Part shown: positions 60,901 to 64,000 of the stretch, one piece after another
How the letters are laid out: each line of letters starts with the position of its first letter
How positions within the stretch are numbered: position 1 is the first letter of the stretch
Assembly (NCBI GenBank): GCA_038087875.1
Contig: CM075979.1
Coordinates: forward strand, 39,990,001-40,054,000
Length of the DNA stretch: 64,000 nucleotides
Source of the DNA: Malacoraja senta
Taxonomy: Eukaryota
Direction: 5' to 3'
The notes under the pieces: model-generated
Databases searched by the model: none
What the model was told of the DNA's origin: nothing
Seen by the model: only the letters and a program-made list of their open reading frames with translations
Position numbers and translations under genes: made by a program

Positions 60901-61615
60901 CTGCAAGAGAATTTTGGACATGTATTCTGAGTAAAATACATGAATAACTCTGCAGTAAAGGTTGGTGGGCTTACTGCGCGAATCATATGCACAGCACATG
61001 CCTAAAAGCTGGGCATGGTAGTATTACAGCCATTCCCTTTACCGGCCCGCTGTTGGGATGGCACATACCATCCTTCAGTGGCTCCAGGAGAGGGTGAGGC
61101 ACAGGATCAGGGTGAAGTCATAACACGGTACAGAGCAGAAACAGGCCCCACCTACACTTGTCCTATTTGCCCTTATAGGTTATATCTTCCATAATGTGCC
61201 TATTAAAATAGCTCTTAAATATAGTGATTTCATCTGATTCTATCACTTCCTCTGGCAACATGTTCCAGAAATCTACTGTCACTGTCTGCGTAAAAAAATA
61301 CCTACCCCTCAGCTCCCTTTAAAACTCCTTCCTCCACTTTAAATCCATACAGATATTGGTTTATTATTGTCACGTGTACCAAGATATAGTGATAAACTTT
61401 GTTTCGCATGTTGTCCAGGCAAATCATGTCATACCATACACAACAAGTAATTGGTGACCAGCGGTAACAGTCTCCAAATGAGGGTCAACAGTTCAAAGAA
61501 GAGATGAGAATTTTATTTACCCCAGAGGGTGTTGAATCTTTGGAATTTCCCATCCAAGGGAGCTTGATCGTCAAGTATATTCTAGATGGGATCGTGGATT
61601 TTTTGGATATTAAGG

Positions 61616-61957
61616 TCACGTGATAGGAGCAGAATTAGGCCATTCAGCCCATTCAATCATGGCTGATTTATTTTTCCCTCCTAACCCCATTATCCTGCCT
61701 TTTCCCCCATAACCCCTGACTCCCATACTAATCAAGAATCCACCTATCTCTGTCTTAAAAATATTCATTGACTTGGCCTGCACAACCTTCTGTGTCAATG
61801 AATTCCACAGATTCACCACCCTCTGACCAAAGAAATTCCTCGTCATCTCCTTCCTAAAGAAACATCCTTGAATTCTAAGGCTATGACCTCTGGTGCCAGA
61901 CTCTCCCAGACTAGTGGAAACATCCTCTCCACATCCACTCCATCCACGCCTTTCACG
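61616..61957 (-). mobile_element. CR1 LINE 3' end
   Basis: TRGHSLRIQG..FFGQRVVNLWNSL. Confidence 0.82.
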
Positions 61958-62737
61958 ATTTGCCTGGACAACACGCAAAACAAGGTTTTTCACTGTATCT
62001 TTACACACGTGACACGTAAAGAAATCAAGGTATTGCAGTCTGTGCAGGAGGAGCTACACAGTGGAGACAGCACCATGGGCACGAGGGGCCAAATGGCCTA
62101 CTTCTATTTCTCACGGTGTTATCAGAGATAATTTACTGGCTGAACTTCCATCAGCCAAATATGGTTCAGATCAACAGAGAACCTGTTCACTGATCATGAA
62201 ATACCATGTAAGAATGATCAATTAATGGGGGAACATAAATATCTCAGAACAAGATTTATTTTCTTTGGACAGATTTATATTTCCTGAAAATATTTCTGAT
62301 GTTTTTTTTAAATCTCAGCATCAGTACATAGAATGGTAAAGCACAGGAACAGGCCCTTTGACCCACAATGTCCGTGCCAAGTATGATGGTAAGGAAAACT
62401 AATCTCATCTGCCAGCACATAATCCATATTCCGAAATTCGCCGCATATCCATATGCCTATCCAAAAGCCTGTTAAATGCCACTATCTGCCTCCACCACCA
62501 CCTCTGGCAGAGCATTCAAGGCACATTTGACTATGCGTAAAACAATCACCCCACACATCTCCTTTAAACTTTGCCGCTCTCACCTTAAAGCTATGCCCTC
62601 TTGTCTTTGACATTTCCACACTGCATAAAAAGGTTCTGCGCTACCTTAGCATAAAAGAAGGCTTGCTTGAAGAGTGCAGTTTTGACTTTAGATTACCCTA
62701 GCCAATCTAGCCCACAGTCATTTAAAGTTGTTCTTAC

Positions 62738-62902
62738 GGTTTTCAATGCTAATGGCACAGGGATCTTCCAGATGATCTGATACAGAGGGGCAGCTCCGCT
62801 GGGCCTTCCAAGTGTTGGCAAATGGTGTAGCCGTGCCCTCAATCAATCCGTTACTTGCTTTGAAGTCATCGTTCAGAATGTCATTAAAATTCCCACAGAA
62901 AC
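62738..62902 (-). CDS. Mucin exon: end of VWD2 (GFCGNFNDILNDDF...DPCAISIEN)
   Basis: ccaag acceptor, gtaag donor, 165 bp; G(L/F)CGNF...FANTWK VWD motif. Confidence 0.92.
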
Positions 62903-63464
62903 CTTGGAGAAGTAAAATGATAATGTCAACTCCACTGGCCTTTTATGTTGACCTTAAAAAAGATGGTAAATGTAGCATAGAAGTACAGAGAATATAAGGC
63001 TCATCAAAAATGAACAGGAAAGCCACATGGGCCCCATTGTAGCATTGGAAATGTATTTGGAAACAGGAAATACTTTGTTTGAAAGCAAAACAGAAAATGC
63101 TGGAAATACTCAGCAGGTCAGGCAGCAACGGCGTAGAATAAAAAATATATATATTTCAGGCAATTTATCTTTCTTCACAGCTATTGTGCGAGGGATTATT
63201 GGCTGGGAAAAGTACTGCACAGTACTGTTGAGGCCCATCCTGCTAAGTGATTCTGGAATTTTTTCTCAGTTATTCACTGTTTGCAGCATTTTGCTTTTCA
63301 ATTAATTTAGTTTGAATAACCTGAGTGATTTATAACAAAGACAGAATTTAGAATATGATGACAAAAGAGACTGCTGACGCTGGAATATATGATGGAAACA
63401 GGTTCCGGAAGAACTTGTGGGTTGAGCAGCACCTATGAAGGTAAAAGGTGCAAGTTGATGTCAG

Positions 63465-64000
63465 AGATAGACAAAAAAAAGCTGGAGTAACTCAGCAGGT
63501 CAGGCAACATCTCTGGAGAAAAGGAATCGGTGAGACTTCAAGTCGAGACCCTTCTTCAGGTGACGTTTTGGGTTGAGATCCTGAATCAGTACTAAGAGGG
63601 AATGGGAAAAACTGTCAGTGAATAGCAGTATATAGGGGGTAAGGCAGAGGCAATTAGGTGGAGCCAGATGAGGAGGAGAAGGGGCAGATAGAGCCAAGTG
63701 GGAAGAGGAGAGGGGAGGTGATGAACAAATAACAAAGACAAATAGGTGAACAGGTGAGTGTGTGTGTGGAGAGCACCAGGGATGGCCTCCAATGTAAAGG
63801 AGGCCACAGCATGATAACCAAATACAATAGACAAGGTTGGGAGGAGGTGCAGATCAACATCTGTTTCACCTGGAAGGGCTGCTTAGGTCCCTGGATGGTG
63901 GTGAGGGAGGAGATAAAGATAGAGAGATCCAACACGGGGAGAGAAGTGCTTGAAATGGTCGTGGTGAATTTGAGGGCAGTGTGGGAGTAGGTGGTGACGT
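63465..64000 (-). mobile_element. Penelope-like fragments including GIY-YIG region
   Basis: TTIQGPKQPFQVKQMLICTSS in ORF 63654..63935; pLTR sequence at 63465..63590. Confidence 0.7.

Larger units (their letters stand above)
5964..62902 (-). other. muc2: Gel-forming mucin gene, MUC2-like with MUC5-like traits (partial; 29 exons in window, both ends probably outside)
   Basis: 29 exons splice in frame (GT-AG, one probable GC-AG) into VWD2-C8-TIL-D'D3-CysD-PTS-VWD4-C8-TIL-VWC. Peptides recall MUC2 (WLLCDC, NFGVYIDNY, GCIGPDGLPRE). Orthology to MUC2 versus MUC5 not proven. Confidence 0.8.

Overview
Vertebrate genomic DNA, most likely a cartilaginous fish (skate/ray/shark), inferred from HE1/V-SINE-type SINEs and abundant CR1 and Penelope fragments. 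Almost the whole window is the internal part of one minus-strand gel-forming mucin gene (MUC2-like, with MUC5-like traits). I traced 29 phase-compatible exons (20,118 nt, about 6,700 codons): VWD2-C8-TIL, D'D3, one CysD plus a 16,071-bp PTS exon, then D4 and VWC. The 5' exons lie to the right of the window; I did not find the last VWC/cystine-knot exons, which probably lie to the left. The PTS exon is built from ~137-141 aa monomers of two types, one carrying a lone Cys and the other an N-glycosylation sequon, arranged in 1.25-kb and 2.1-kb higher-order repeats. The D4 domain has GGSH instead of the self-cleaving GDPH. Introns contain a 1.2-kb mini-LTR element with a 35-nt tRNA-Leu primer-binding site, a solo LTR, TSD-flanked Penelope-derived inserts carrying hammerhead-ribozyme-like cores, five Harbinger-like MITEs with a shared TIR, CR1/Rex1 LINE pieces and SINEs. 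The left edge has a 40-bp minisatellite and a ~120-bp spacer-less palindrome. All coordinates were read by eye, and family comparisons are from memory without database searches.
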